A stretch of DNA of 64,000 nt, taken from NCBI GenBank assembly GCA_010093605.1, contig MU004182.1, positions 1,087,032-1,151,031 of the forward strand. Direction: 5' to 3'. Shown here piece after piece: positions 23,374 to 35,388 of this stretch. The position numbers and the translations under genes were made by a program. The notes beneath the pieces are model-generated. The model made no database searches, was not told the origin of the DNA, and saw nothing but the letters and a program-made list of their open reading frames with translations. Source of the DNA: Lophium mytilinum. Its lineage: Eukaryota. How positions within the stretch are numbered: the stretch's first letter is position 1; the number at the start of each line of letters is the position of its first letter.

Positions 23374-23990
23374 TAGCTCCAGTCTTTTGGAGTAATGCAG
23401 GATTGGAATTGGACAGTTAAGTCAAGTTCGATCGAGTTGACTTTTATGAAGTTAGAAGCAGGAGTAGGTACGGGGTGCATTTACGGCGGCGCCATCTTCT
23501 CATATCTCGGCGCTTTTGATCTCGGTCCACACACCTCCGTTCTTATGTATCTCGAATCTCAACCTTCACTCGTAATACCCATATACAGACGACTTAGTGT
23601 CCTTTCATAGGCTAACGTTGTGATGAGTTCGATTCGCTATCCTTCGTATTGTCTCGTCGTAGATCTGTGTATGTCTTCTTGCCGCTGCTTCGACATACTT
23701 TCGAAACCGCAGAAGATGGAGGCCCAAAGTTTTGAGAACCCGGTAGGCTTGCTGGGCCAACTCTGACAGCGTCGTCGTGGTTTTTGGGTGGCCGAGACTG
23801 GGAGGGCAGGTGCAAGGGTATCACGTGGCGATGAGCTTATTTACACGGCAACCACAACAACCACAATCTCGACCTCCAGGTTTCCTTCTCTCCGCTCCGC
23901 CTGTTCCGTCTTATCTCCCCTCTTTGTTTCAGCGGGTAAATCTGTTCGGAGCCTCGCGCACTACGCGTCACCACTTCACACGCCATCATC

Positions 23991-25778
23991 ATGGCTCCCC
24001 CCCTTTCCAAGCCCGACGAACACGTCGCCATCAACAAAGGCATTGCAGCCCATCTCTCTCAGTCCGAAATCGCTGTACTATCTTGTGTCTCTAAGTACTT
24101 CCGCGATAACATGGAGCCGTACTTGTATCGCCATATTTGTATCACCAGTAATCATGAGAGACGCTTGCTTAGTTTCTTCGAGGCCATTATGAAGAACCCA
24201 AAGCGTGCGGCCTTTGTGAGGAGCTTCGAGTTTGTGAGGGAAGGGCTTGAGGAGCTATGTGTGGATGAGAAAGAAGAGACGGAACAGGACGAAGAGCAGC
24301 ACAAGTTGGAGGGCGGCAATGAGGAGAATGACAAAAATAACAAGCAAGAGGATGAAGTTGAGGAGGATGAAGATGACGATCTACGCTCCAGGTACTCGAG
24401 TATGAGGTCCATTGCTTCTGCAAACGCCCGTGCTCCAGCAGTCGAAGACCTCCCGGGTCTCACTCGCACTACTACCCGGGGTACGAACCGGTCTACTAGT
24501 CCGACACGCTCGATGTCGAGCGTGATTCAAAACCGCTCTGACGATGGCTCTGACGACGGCTCCGACGCTTCGTCGGTGGGAGATGCGACGCTCGGCTTCT
24601 CGCCTGGAAAGGGCAAACAGCTCGTCGAGGCTCCTCACGCGCTGACAGCTGCGAATAACCACCGGGTTACTCAATACAAAGGTCAAGTCCTAGTCAAGCA
24701 GTATTCGAAGAAGCAGGAACCACCCCGACCGACTATCTTCTCGAGCGGATCACTTCCTACGTCTGCCTCTTGCCCCGATCCGACACATCCGACACTCGAT
24801 TTGAGTAAGCTCTGGCGCCGCATTCAAGGCGCGATCCACCATGCCTACCCTTCTCTTTCGGCGACTGACATCAACCGCTGGCAAGCTTTCCTGCGCGCCA
24901 ACACGAGAGAGTGCCGCTTAGGGCTTCTCCTACAACTCATGCCAAACATTGAGTCCCTCAAATTGGACGTGACAGGAAGACCGAGCGAGTGGCGTCTTAC
25001 CGTCGTCGCAATGACCCTGGGTTGCCAGCCTGTCAAGCTATACGACCAAGTCGTTGGCCTTCATGCTACGGGAATACAGGAGTGGGCGAAATTGAAATCA
25101 CTGGAGATTCGCGGACCGGGCTTCAACATGCGAGACTTCGGCGGCGGACGAGTGGTCTGTCGTATCCGATTGCCGCTTCACGAGTCGTTGGAGAAGCTCA
25201 GGCTCTTCGGCGTCGAGGCCACCGACGTGTATATCCCGGGTGAGGTAGCAACAGAGGCGCATCACCGTCTTCACAATATGCAGCACGAGTACCACATCTT
25301 CAAGAGTGTCAAATTGACCGACCTCGAACTTGTCAATGTCGGTATCTCCGCTTTCCACATCGAGAACGTGGTCAAACTTGCGAAGGGGCTGGAGCGGCTG
25401 TATATCGAGAGACTGAAGCATCCGTATCGTTTCAGAGTGTGGAAGTGGTCTATCTTGGACTACGAGGAGATGGTGGATGAATTACTGGACGTGAATCCGA
25501 ATCTAATGCCGTTCGTTGTGGAGCTAGAGGCTCTGGGCCTAGGCGTCAAGCTACCGGTTCTTCCTGCAATTCCTGGACTAGAAGAGGCGTACGAGCTGTT
25601 GAAGAATGCAAAGTTCAGCATGCAGGTGGAGGCTCTGGACCTAGACGTCAAGCTGCCGGCTCTTCCTACAATTCCTGGGCTGGAAGAGGCTAACGAGCTG
25701 TTGAAATATGCGGAGTCTAACTTGCAGGTGCAGGAGCATGAAGCTGGAGGGCTATATCTCTTTCCAAACGGACACTAA
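23991..25778 (+). CDS. Hypothetical F-box-like protein with an LRR-like C-terminal region
   Basis: 595-aa intronless ORF. The N-terminal IAAHLSQSEIAVLSCVSKYFRDNMEPYLYRHICI resembles a fungal F-box; LLLQLMPNIESLKL, LKSLEI, LEKLRL, LTDLEL and LERLYI are LxxL-type repeats. Confidence 0.6.
   Translation: MAPPLSKPDEHVAINKGIAAHLSQSEIAVLSCVSKYFRDNMEPYLYRHICITSNHERRLLSFFEAIMKNPKRAAFVRSFEFVREGLEELCVDEKEETEQDEEQHKLEGGNEENDKNNKQEDEVEEDEDDDLRSRYSSMRSIASANARAPAVEDLPGLTRTTTRGTNRSTSPTRSMSSVIQNRSDDGSDDGSDASSVGDATLGFSPGKGKQLVEAPHALTAANNHRVTQYKGQVLVKQYSKKQEPPRPTIFSSGSLPTSASCPDPTHPTLDLSKLWRRIQGAIHHAYPSLSATDINRWQAFLRANTRECRLGLLLQLMPNIESLKLDVTGRPSEWRLTVVAMTLGCQPVKLYDQVVGLHATGIQEWAKLKSLEIRGPGFNMRDFGGGRVVCRIRLPLHESLEKLRLFGVEATDVYIPGEVATEAHHRLHNMQHEYHIFKSVKLTDLELVNVGISAFHIENVVKLAKGLERLYIERLKHPYRFRVWKWSILDYEEMVDELLDVNPNLMPFVVELEALGLGVKLPVLPAIPGLEEAYELLKNAKFSMQVEALDLDVKLPALPTIPGLEEANELLKYAESNLQVQEHEAGGLYLFPNGH
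25527..25730 (+). repeat. Intragenic 102-bp (34-aa) tandem duplication
   Basis: gaggctctgggcctaggcgtcaagctaccgg... (25527) versus gaggctctggacctagacgtcaagctgccgg... (25629); protein EALGLGVKLPVLPAIPGLEEAYELLKNAKFSMQV / EALDLDVKLPALPTIPGLEEANELLKYAESNLQV. Confidence 0.95.
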
Positions 25779-26949
25779 TTGTGCATGGCGATACACTTTG
25801 TGGAATGATGATGGACATGATGTCTGGCGTATGCTAGTGCGGGTGGTCGTAATGGAAGATGTTGGTGGGAGGTTGTGGTAGCTACTCACACATCCAATAC
25901 AGATCGATGAATGGCTTATACCTTGCCAAGTTCCCTTCCGTGCGACTTTTCAGGGTGAACGACTTCGCATCGCATTGTTTGATGTGTGTCCTGGCGCTGG
26001 CGATTTTCTTGATCATCTGACGACTAGTTGAGGATGTAACTTAAACGTTCGAACGCAACTTGAGCCACCCCTTGCGACGTTGAAATTATATTAAAAAGAG
26101 GAATTCCCTTTGGAGAGCAGAAGGGGACGTGGGAGGCCTCGGCGTTGCACGTGACCGTCAGCTGGATATCACGTGAGCCTCGGGAAGCCGTCCGTCTGAT
26201 TGGTTGATATGCTCGGGCATCCATGTTCGACCTTCAAGGCCTTCAGAGCGACGTTTCGAGGAGTATCGATAGTGAGAACAATAGGAAACGTGGCTGAGAG
26301 GTTTCATGTACAAGAAGAGTCGTGGAAGGGGGCAGTGTTTATGAATTTGCGGCGAAACAAGTGGCCCTAAATTTCGTACTCGGACTTCGAAAGATCGGCC
26401 CCATTCTATCCTCATTCGTATCCGCAAACTCGGGGCAGTGATTGGGCAGCAGTCCAACTTCCAACGTCATCAGCAACAAAGGCCTTTTCCAGGATCAGCG
26501 TTTGAGGCACCTCCACGCTGTCTCTCTCCGACGTCCGGTGTCTAGTTTGGAGGATGGAACCCCACCAACGTATAGCGCTGAGCCTGCTCGTTGGTGCGTT
26601 TAATCTAAAGCCTGCAGCCTTGTACCAGCCATCCCCAGCGCGAGCTTGTTGCTTCTAGGGGCAACGTAGACCCCATTCTGTATAGGGCAAGGATCGTTGT
26701 TGCTTGTGCTGCAGGGCGCTGTGCCATACTGTGCCGCACGGCTATGCCACCTTTGATAGAGGGACGAGGATCTCAGGTGAATATAAGAGTCGGTGGTTGT
26801 CCGTAGGTCTCTTTCGCTGTCTCAGACATTCATCATCTCCTCCGTTAAGCCCTTAAGACTCCTTCTCCAACAAACCTCAATACTTAAAGTCTTCGGACTT
26901 CACATCCTTCTCCTGCTCTCCACCTCTCCCTAACAGCCACCACACCACT

Positions 26950-28508
26950 ATGCCTCTTTTCGTGAAGACCGCCACTTCGCTCATCGGCCTCGGCACTGAA
27001 GCCTACGCCCACCACAAAGAAAAGAAAGAGCGCGCCAACTCAGGTGTCTCAAACTCGCAATCACCAGCATCAAGCCAACAGCAGCTCACCGGGTACACTC
27101 AGTCCGGATCACATCTAAGCCCTACGTCTTCCAACTCGCTCGCACCTCCAGCGTATTCTAGGTATCGAAGCAACAGCTCCGGATCCATCAGGTCAAATGT
27201 CAGCTCCTACGACTCCGACGAGGATGAATGGGCCCGTGACGCTGCACAAGAACAGCTCCTCCCTCGCGAGTCCATCACGGACAACCGGACCGTAGACCAA
27301 ATCGTAGACGACTTCACAGGCGCACACCCACCACCAACCGTCTCCGTCGCAGGCAGCCTCCCCTTTCCCGTCATAATACCCCAAAAACGCCCCGAAGCCC
27401 GCACCCATGGTTTCATCCGAGTCTACGCTCCGGCCCTCTTCCACTCGGGTATCGACGAGCCCACCTTTCTCGAATTCCTCGACAACTACACCGCCAGCAT
27501 CAAAGGCAGCGGGTACTTCAACGCCGTCAACGTCGCCATCGCCGCATCGGTAATCGCCTACACCGTTTCCGCCGTGTCCGTTAACCCAGCCGTCCACTTC
27601 GCTGCTTTCTGCGTGCACGCCTCCATCGAAGCCGGCCGCCGCGTGCAGAACGTCGCGCAAATCAATAAATACCTCATCCGCATGAACGAGGAGCTTTTCA
27701 AGCCGCACGGGCTCTACGCCATGCTGATGACGTTTAAGCCGACCAGTGAGGAGAGCAACGTCGACATCGACATCAACGCCAACATCCTGAAGTCCGTGTA
27801 CGCGCGCAACGGCGGCGGCCGCAAGAAGATCCGCTCCACGAGCGGCAAGACGGTCGGCGAGGCGCAGATGCCCGAGTGCTGCCCGCTTGTGTTCCCGACG
27901 CTGGATGCGCCGAGCACGACGGAGGAGCAGAAGAAGGGCGCGTTCAAGCGCGCGGGTGCTTTTGTGAGCGATTACAAGGACCGCAAGGCTAGGGCGCAGT
28001 TCCAGTATAACAACCCGGACTCGACGCTTAATGTGCTCCCGGAGGAGAAGTTTGCGAGTATCTTCAGTGACCCGAATCATCCGATGCATAAGGGTGGGCC
28101 ACTGAATACGCTGACGGGTGGGTATCTGTATAAGGGGAAGCAGATGTTGAATGATAAGGGCATGGGCTCTGCGTTGCCTTTGAAGATGAAGATTCAGGGT
28201 GGGCATGATGGGGGTGGAGTTGGCGGGACGAGGGGGAGGGCGATGAAGAGGGTTATTGGCGAGGTGAGTCTCCAAAAAACCACTCTGCCTAATAGGAGTA
28301 TAGACTAACATTTTGCTAGGATGTCCTTTACCTCATGGTTGTCAACATGCCCTCCGACGAAGAGCTCGCCGAGGTCGCATCGATGGAGATGCAGATGAGG
28401 GAGGCACAACAGGCGCAACACGTCTGGGATCAACAGCAGCAACAAGGAGTCTATCGCGAGCCTGCGCAGCAGGGAGTTGCCTACCCGCCGCCGCCCCAAG
28501 GCTACTAG
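26950..28508 (+). CDS. Conserved fungal hypothetical protein (PVIIPQxRP...GFIRxYAP family; resembles proteins annotated as burnettramic-acid cluster protein E-like)
   Basis: Exon 26950-28263, intron 28264-28319, exon 28320-28508 (DVLYLMVVNMPSDEELA...GY*). Motifs IGLGTEA, LPFPVIIPQKRP, GIDEPTFLEFL, MNEELFKPHGLYAMLMTF and FSDPNHP. Confidence 0.75.
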
Positions 28509-28680
28509 ACCGCAGACTTGCACGGAAATTGGGTTTCTGGTTTGGTTTTGGCGTTGCTTGAATGAAGATACCTCCCTATTGCCACGAGTCCAGTCAAATG
28601 GACTATTATACCGGGCTCCATAGTTCTTATGTAGAACACTAAATCATTTTTTACATCATATCAACACTTTCTGCGGGCTC

Positions 28681-28980
28681 GATCTAGAGGGTGGTGCAAA
28701 CAGTTAGAAAAGCAACTACCAAACGAGTACGCCGCGTGCCCTCCACGTCTAGAAAAACTGCGGTCACACCGTTAGAAATGTGACTTCTTGTAACCAAGGA
28801 AGATAGATTTTGCACAGAGGCGCCCTAGCGACCTCCTATGCACTCATTTCCATGGGTCTGATTTGGAGGGTCATGCAAACCGGTTAGAGAACCGACTACT
28901 AAACATGCACGCTGCGTACCCCTTTGCGTCCTCTTCGCGTCCGCCAAAAACGCACTTGCGCGGTTAGATCTGTAACTTAA
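28681..28980. repeat. Diverged intergenic direct repeat, two units of about 100-115 bp with a period of about 180 bp
   Basis: gatctagagggtggtgcaaacagttagaaaagcaactaccaaacgagtacgccgcgtgccc (28681) versus gatttggagggtcatgcaaaccggttagagaaccgactactaaacatgcacgctgcgtaccc (28860); each is followed by aaaaac...gttaga..tgt.actt. Confidence 0.7.
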
Positions 28981-29210
28981 AGCAACTGAAGAATTTAAAT
29001 TATCAACTGAGGTGCCTTGCAGCTGCTTCTTGATCCTAATTTCGTCGACCAGGTTTCAAGTCTCTTTCGTCATAGCCCAGCCAGCACGTCCGAGATCAGA
29101 ACGGAGGCCATAGGCTCACCCGAGAATATGAAATTCTTGCGGGGTGCTTCGATACCTACTCACTATCTCTGTTCATTACAACATCCTCCAGATAATGATC
29201 CCTACCCCCC

Positions 29211-29837
29211 TCAATCCCTCGTCAACCCCCTCGCGAGCCCCAATATCTCCTCCCCAAACTTCGGATGCCTCCCTTTCTGCTCCGGATACACCGACTCCGT
29301 CATCATATCCAGCATACCCGGTTTCGTATCCAGAATCAGCTGCTGCGCCATCACACACCTTCCTATCACATCCGAATAGTCCTCCGGCAGCGGCTCGCCG
29401 GGCTTATGGTGCGCAAGCTGCGGGTCGACGTTGTAGTACATGCCCTGTGCACACACCTATACGTTAACATAATGCTCCCCTACTCCCTCTTACAAGTTTG
29501 AACATCCCGTAAAATACCCCAGAACGGTGTCTTAGACTGGAGGAGGTATTGGAGAAGTAGCGAGACGAGTACGCACCAAGGTGCGGCCGACAAAGTCCCA
29601 CATAAAGTAAACATTATTTTTGTCTGCGGCGGGCGTCATGTAGGTTTGTTGCAGATTCGGTGCCATGGCGGGATGCTCAGCGAGCTTGTTTAGCAGAACG
29701 CGTAGTTTGTTTACCGCGTTCAGCCACTCTGGTTTGGCATTTGTGGGGAGCGGGACTGTGGTCAGACCGCGGGTGTAGTCGGCGCGGGTGGTGTTCTGGA
29801 CGTCGAGCCAGGGCATGGTGGAGGGGTCTAGATCCAT
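29211..29837 (-). CDS. Hypothetical protein of about 165 aa (two exons)
   Basis: Exon 1 MDLDPSTMPW...HPAMAPNLQQTYMTPAADKNNVYFMWDFVGRTL, then a GTGCGT donor near 29576. Exon 2 follows CACAG near 29444: GMYYNVDP...EEILGLARGLTRD*. Confidence 0.7.
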
Positions 29838-30263
29838 GGTTATCGGTGGAGCGGTGGTTATTTTAGGTATGGAGTGGGATGGAAGATGGGGATATTTGAG
29901 GGAGGGCTCGCAGATATCATGGGGGAGGGAAGTCAGTGCCTTATAACTTTAGGGTGACCTGGGGGTTATCTAGGGGTTTGACTTTATGAGGCTGATGTGG
30001 GGTGGCACTAACGAAACTAATGTAGTGTGAATGTGCCCTGCATTGCTTGACATCATGTTTGCGTATTGGCTGGATCAATGCCGCGCTCCCACCGCTAGTA
30101 TGACCTATGTATGCTTTAACTACTGCCTACTTATCGTACGTCGCAACTCTAGGTATAATCTCCGGAAGAGAGTCCTATTGGGCATCCCTAACGCCGTCGC
30201 TATGCAATAAAATGCGATAAATCGTGTAACTGTCGTGGGTATGAGTGAGCTTTGACGGACTTT

Positions 30264-32116
30264 TCAGGGCCGCTGGTCCACGATCTGGAAGTCTAAGCCG
30301 GATAGTTCGTGCACGTGACCAGGTTTCGATGCATCGGTGTAGATGTTGTCTACGCTGTGTTGGTGGAAGAGACCGGATTGGCTGCAGTTGAGGAGGGTCT
30401 TCATGCCCGGAGGGTCCGTAATGCGGAAGATACCCCATCTATAACCATCGTTAGCAGGGAGTTTCTTCAGTAGATGCATTCACGAGATATGGAACGTACG
30501 AAGGGTCTTTAGTCGGCGCACAGACGATCGCGATACTCTCCGGCATCATGACTTGATATCCACAGTGCGTATGGCAGTCTCGACTACTCATGAAGCATGT
30601 TTGACTGGGATGTGTGTGAATCCATCCTAGCACCATCAGATCCTCCCTATCGCAAAAGTCGAATAAGTCGCTCTCGTTCAGTGTCTCGCACGTGTCGGAT
30701 GTGCCTTTCTGCTCCGGTATCACAAGTTTCGACACAAAGAGAGCGTTCGATATTAAGGTACCGCAGAGAATGCCGCAGGTTTCGATGTTGTTGCGCGTAT
30801 TTGCGGCGGCAACGCGGAGGAATTCCGAGCGCAACGTGGAAGGAACAAAGACGCTGCGGAGAGGTGTACCATTTTCAAGATACGCAGAAGGCTTGAAAGT
30901 ATACTCAGAAGCATTAGGGCCTTCGGGTGGTGATGGCGATAGAGCGCGGAAGCTTGTATCTGGTGCCTCAGAGTATTTGCCTGGTATGGGCGGCGGGAGT
31001 GTAGATTCGTACGCAGGTGGTGCACTTTGGTAGGCGTAAAGATCCCGGGGAGGTTTAGGAGGTAGGCTCGGAGGTAGGGGTTGTGCGTATGAGGCTGGTT
31101 GTATTGGAGGTATCTTGGGCGGAGGCCTGGGAGGTGCGCCTGTTTGAGGCTGCGGCTCATCGGACCACCAAGACTGCGAGCTCTTGTTCGGAATCGTTGG
31201 GTATTGGTACGAGGACGGTCGTAGTGTTGAGGATGGGCGCTGGGAGTAGTTAGTATTAACATCGCTTCAGTAAATAACAGAACCATGTTCAAACTCACCT
31301 GGCGGTGACCACTTTGTACGCTTTCCCTCCGTCTCCCAGCCTCTACTATGTCCTTCGAGAGATCCGACTCCTCCTTATACGATTGAGGACGCCCTAACCC
31401 GCTTTCCCAATCATCCCATACTCCTCCCGTTCGCCTTTCTAGCTCCTCCTCTTCCGAGACACCTGCCTGCCGGACTGCCCTTCTCGCAGTGTCCCTTCTC
31501 CGGATCTCGCTCTGAGCAATCTGAGCAGCTATTTTCTGGCTTTTCCCAGCATCAAGACTTGTCTTCTGATCAAATGAGACCCGTGCGGAACTGCGGGCTG
31601 AGTGTAGCGACGCTCGTCCTATGCCATCGACGAGTCCACCCATCTCTTGTTCGCCTTCCAATTTCCGCATGGCAGCATCCTGGGTCTTCCGTCTGGCCAG
31701 ATGTTCTTGGTATGCAGCGTATCGCGTTTCTATACGCGGCTTGAGAACTTCCATCGCTGCCAGGTCAGACCTGACGACTTTGTTCGCGGCGGCGAGAGCG
31801 GCTTTATTCTGAGGCAGCTTGGCTTCTGGATGCTGCGAGAGCTTCTCAAGCACGAGGATTGCATGGCGGAAGAGGAGAAGGTATGTTTGTTGGTCATTTC
31901 CTTCTCGTTCGTAGATGCGAGACTGGAAAGGTGTAAGCAAAGGTAATATACACCGTATTACAGTCCCTTACGAACCTCCTTCTGGATCGTGTCGGCGCTG
32001 CGCAACCAGTACCGGAGAGGGATCTGGCTGTTGTATTCGAACGTGTTGGCCTGCTGCACTATCTCTCCTACATTCAAGGGAGCTCCCGAGGGAGGCGGCC
32101 TTGATATACCTGCCAT
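30264..32116 (-). CDS. AMSH/STAMBP-like JAMM (MPN+) K63 deubiquitinase (S. pombe Sst2-like)
   Basis: ATG at 32116, four exons. N-terminal USP8-dimer/MIT-like region (IPLRYWLRSADT; YLLLFRHAILVLEKLSQHP); JAMM domain NIETCGILCG...GWIHTHPSQTCFMSSRDCHTH...ESIAIVCAP...WGIFRITDPPG. Confidence 0.92.
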
Positions 32117-32687
32117 GATTGAGGTAGTATTGAGGACCGGAAGGTTGTGGAATTGCTGAGTACTGAGTGCTTAGCGATTGATCGGGAGGCAGCGGCAGAT
32201 GGCGGAGCGGCGAGACACAGCGGGCGCATGCGTGTCTCTGATCCAGGAGCGCGAAACGGTCTTCATCTTATCGTGTTTGGCTGCCTGGGCGGTTCCATCA
32301 GTGTTGCGCGTCCAGCGTGATGCGATGGGTGGGTGAAGGTGGAGGGGCAGCTTGGCAAATCGAAAGACTCACTGCTGGAGACCTCGGACCCTCTCCTCCA
32401 CAACAACACCAATTCCATCACGTTCCGTTAATCTAGACATCGCTTCAGTATCACGACCTCCTTGACTGTGTTTGTGATAACCTCATTATCTCTCATCCAC
32501 GGTAGAATAGCCCAGGAGTTCCAAGGCTGGCACGCTTCCGGAAGCATGTAGAACTACTGTAGAACTAAGCAACGTTCAAGATGGCCAATCCTGTTCAGTC
32601 ACACATCTCAAAGGGGGTAATCCATTTCGTTTATTAATGTCGTGGAAGCATTTGCTCTATGGAAGTGATCCGCTCCGTCTTATTACA

Positions 32688-34569
32688 TTACGCCTTCGCG
32701 TACATTGCCTCAATCTCTTGCTCATATAATCCGAGTGTCTGTCTTCGATCTACCGGGCCTTTGGGTAGCCTCACAAATGGCTTGTCATTTCCTGCGATCA
32801 ACACCAGTTCTTTTCTGAATCTCGTCTGCGCAAGTATGGTTTTGTTGACTTCCTCGACCGTCTTCCAAATATCCTCCAAGTTCCCCAATTCTTCACTATT
32901 CGTATTCTTGTTCTCCTCTTCAATGGCCCTTAGCTCAAGCAAGAGAAATGGGACCTTTCGTCCCTGGCCTCCTGCCACGGCAGCCTTGATCAAGGGATTC
33001 GCCGTCTTGAGCCGCTCCTCTGCACTGGCAACATACATCTTCACCTCGCCTGTCAGTACTATCAGATCATCGGTCCGTCCTCGATAACGCCATAGACCTT
33101 TCTCTGCCTTTACTGGATCAGGATGTGGACTGAAAAGGTCCTTGGTCCTGAAAGTGGTAATTCCCTTAAGCTCAGGAACCTTCCAAAAGTTCATAGTCAC
33201 ATGGGACTCCGGTGTCTTGACAGCAACGAGCTCGTACAAATCGTCATGTGCCGGCTCAAAAGTTGCCCCAGACGATGGATGAAAGCGGTAATACTCCCAG
33301 TCCCGCCAATCCAGTTTCCCATCCAGCTGGCGGCCGCCTGTCATGTGTATTATTGGATTCACCGGAACGGTACTCCACCAAGCACCTTCCGTGCTTCCTA
33401 TCATTGGTGCTACGATGCCTTTTTGTGCTAGCAAGTCGCCCGAAGGTTTCGAAAGCGGGGCGCCGGAGAAGATGACGTTACTTAATTTCAAAAGGTTGGC
33501 TTTGTATGAGGGGTTGGCGATAAGGTCTTCCAGCAAAGCGGGCGCGTACAGTCCACCATCAATATTGGCAAGGCGATGCATCTCATCTGCGAGAGCAGGG
33601 GTAGGAATCTTGGAGGCTGGCCCAACAACAGCCGTGAAGCCGGAGAAGACGGGCCCAGCGAGGGCACACAAAAGACCAGCAGACTAATGCGACTTTTAGT
33701 AAGACTAATTGGCGGAGCTGTGGAGCTGAACAGGATGTAGGGTCCTTACGTGGAATAGCGGGAGCATGACCCAAAATCTCTTTCCCTCTCCCATAAGCGC
33801 ATTTGTCGGTGTATATGAGGGAATACCGTCAACATCGGGAAGAAGACGGGTCGCATCCACTGTCGCATACATGTCGTTCGTCCATGTTACTAACTTTGGT
33901 AATCCTAGAAAACGATCAGAAGGGCTGGAGATCACGGGGTCTCGGTCTTACCCGAACTGCCGCTGGTATGGAAAATTGCTAGAGGGTCTTCTTTACCCTC
34001 CTCCCAGGTCTTGCGGTACTCGTACTCCAGTACTCCTTTGGTAGATATCAAATCTTCAAACTCGGGTACTACGAGGGTCTTCTCGCCTCCAACTTCCTTT
34101 TGGAGAGTCTCCACCGCCGAGAATAAGGCTTTCCCGCATATGAAGGTTTTGCATTTCGTCTCTCGCGCCATGTGAGTTTTGGCTTCCATGGACGTCAGAA
34201 GCGATGGTAGGAGTACCTTGCAGCACGTCAACACCGACAATCTTCGATAAAACTACTGCCATGACTTACCTTCCATCCAACTTTGGCCGCTGCCATCACA
34301 ATGATCGGATATCTAAGATCTCTAGGTCCAAGATACGCCACAGTGGGAAATTCACCGCTTGGTGCTTTGCCGATGGTTTCATGTAGCCACCACGCCGCAG
34401 CGTTGATGGCAGTGGCTAGCTGCGCGAATGAAAGATCGCGAAAGCCTTCGGACAGATCATCGTCGTTTAGCGGAATCGAAGCCCATGGTCTTTCAGGCGT
34501 CGACTTCACGATTGCGTCGATGACAGAGATGACGAGACGTCTCCCATAAGAAGTTCCGGCGTCATGCAT
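32688..34569 (-). CDS. Adenylate-forming (ANL) enzyme, NRPS-like A domain without T or R domains
   Basis: Four exons by hand-splicing: YGRRL...AYLGPRDLRY; A3 motif IFHTSGSSG|LPK; LPLFH; FSGAPL; IGSTEG; FRTKDLFSPHP; WRYRGRTDDLIVLTGE; RLPKGPVDR; stop at 32688. Confidence 0.85.
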
Positions 34570-35388
34570 GGTAAAGTTGAGTGTCGGTGCGGACAGGGCG
34601 ACTGTTGATACAGAAAATACTTATTACACAGAGAGGGGTCAATTTATAGGCTCTTTGAAGTACGTACAAGCTTAGCCCTTCCGTTGCCATCTAGCTTGCT
34701 GATGTGAGAAACGCTAGGCCACTAATTATTAAAAGACTAAATGATATCTCTTTCTCACCTTCCCACACACTATTGGCCCCCGAAGTGGAGATGTTCTGGC
34801 AAATATCTAACATACCGCATCGCAGCCCTAAAGTTGAAAATCTTGCGATTGGCCTCCTGCGTTGTCATGACATGATGTGCAGATCAGGCACCACGGAACC
34901 TAAAAACTGTTGGAATTGGATCGCTCAAGTGGTACAATGGCTCGCCTTAAGTAAGATGACCTACGCTGTACGCCGTCCTTGCTATTTATGCGCTAGTTTA
35001 GCGCTAATGTAACGAACGAACATGCATTTTTTAGAATAGTGGGATCGGCTGTCAGCTTTTAGCGGTTAGCTTACTGGATGCTCGGTATCGATCGGATCGC
35101 ATATGTTGAACTCGGGATCCCGAACCCGAGTATTAGAGTGTCGACCGTCAGATTTGATATCTACATTCTCTTAACAGATTCGACACGGACAATAAACATC
35201 CCAAAAAACACAACTGGATTCGGACTTGCGGTTTCTCGTTCACGATGCCAATATTGATCAGTAAGTGCAAGAGGGTCAAAGGGGTGTATTGCTGATTTGA
35301 TATCTAGCCATCTATGGTTATTTCACTGAAGCCAGCACTGATAAGTGATTAGAACAAGTCATCTCAGCTAGGGTGAGTGCAGGCTCAG

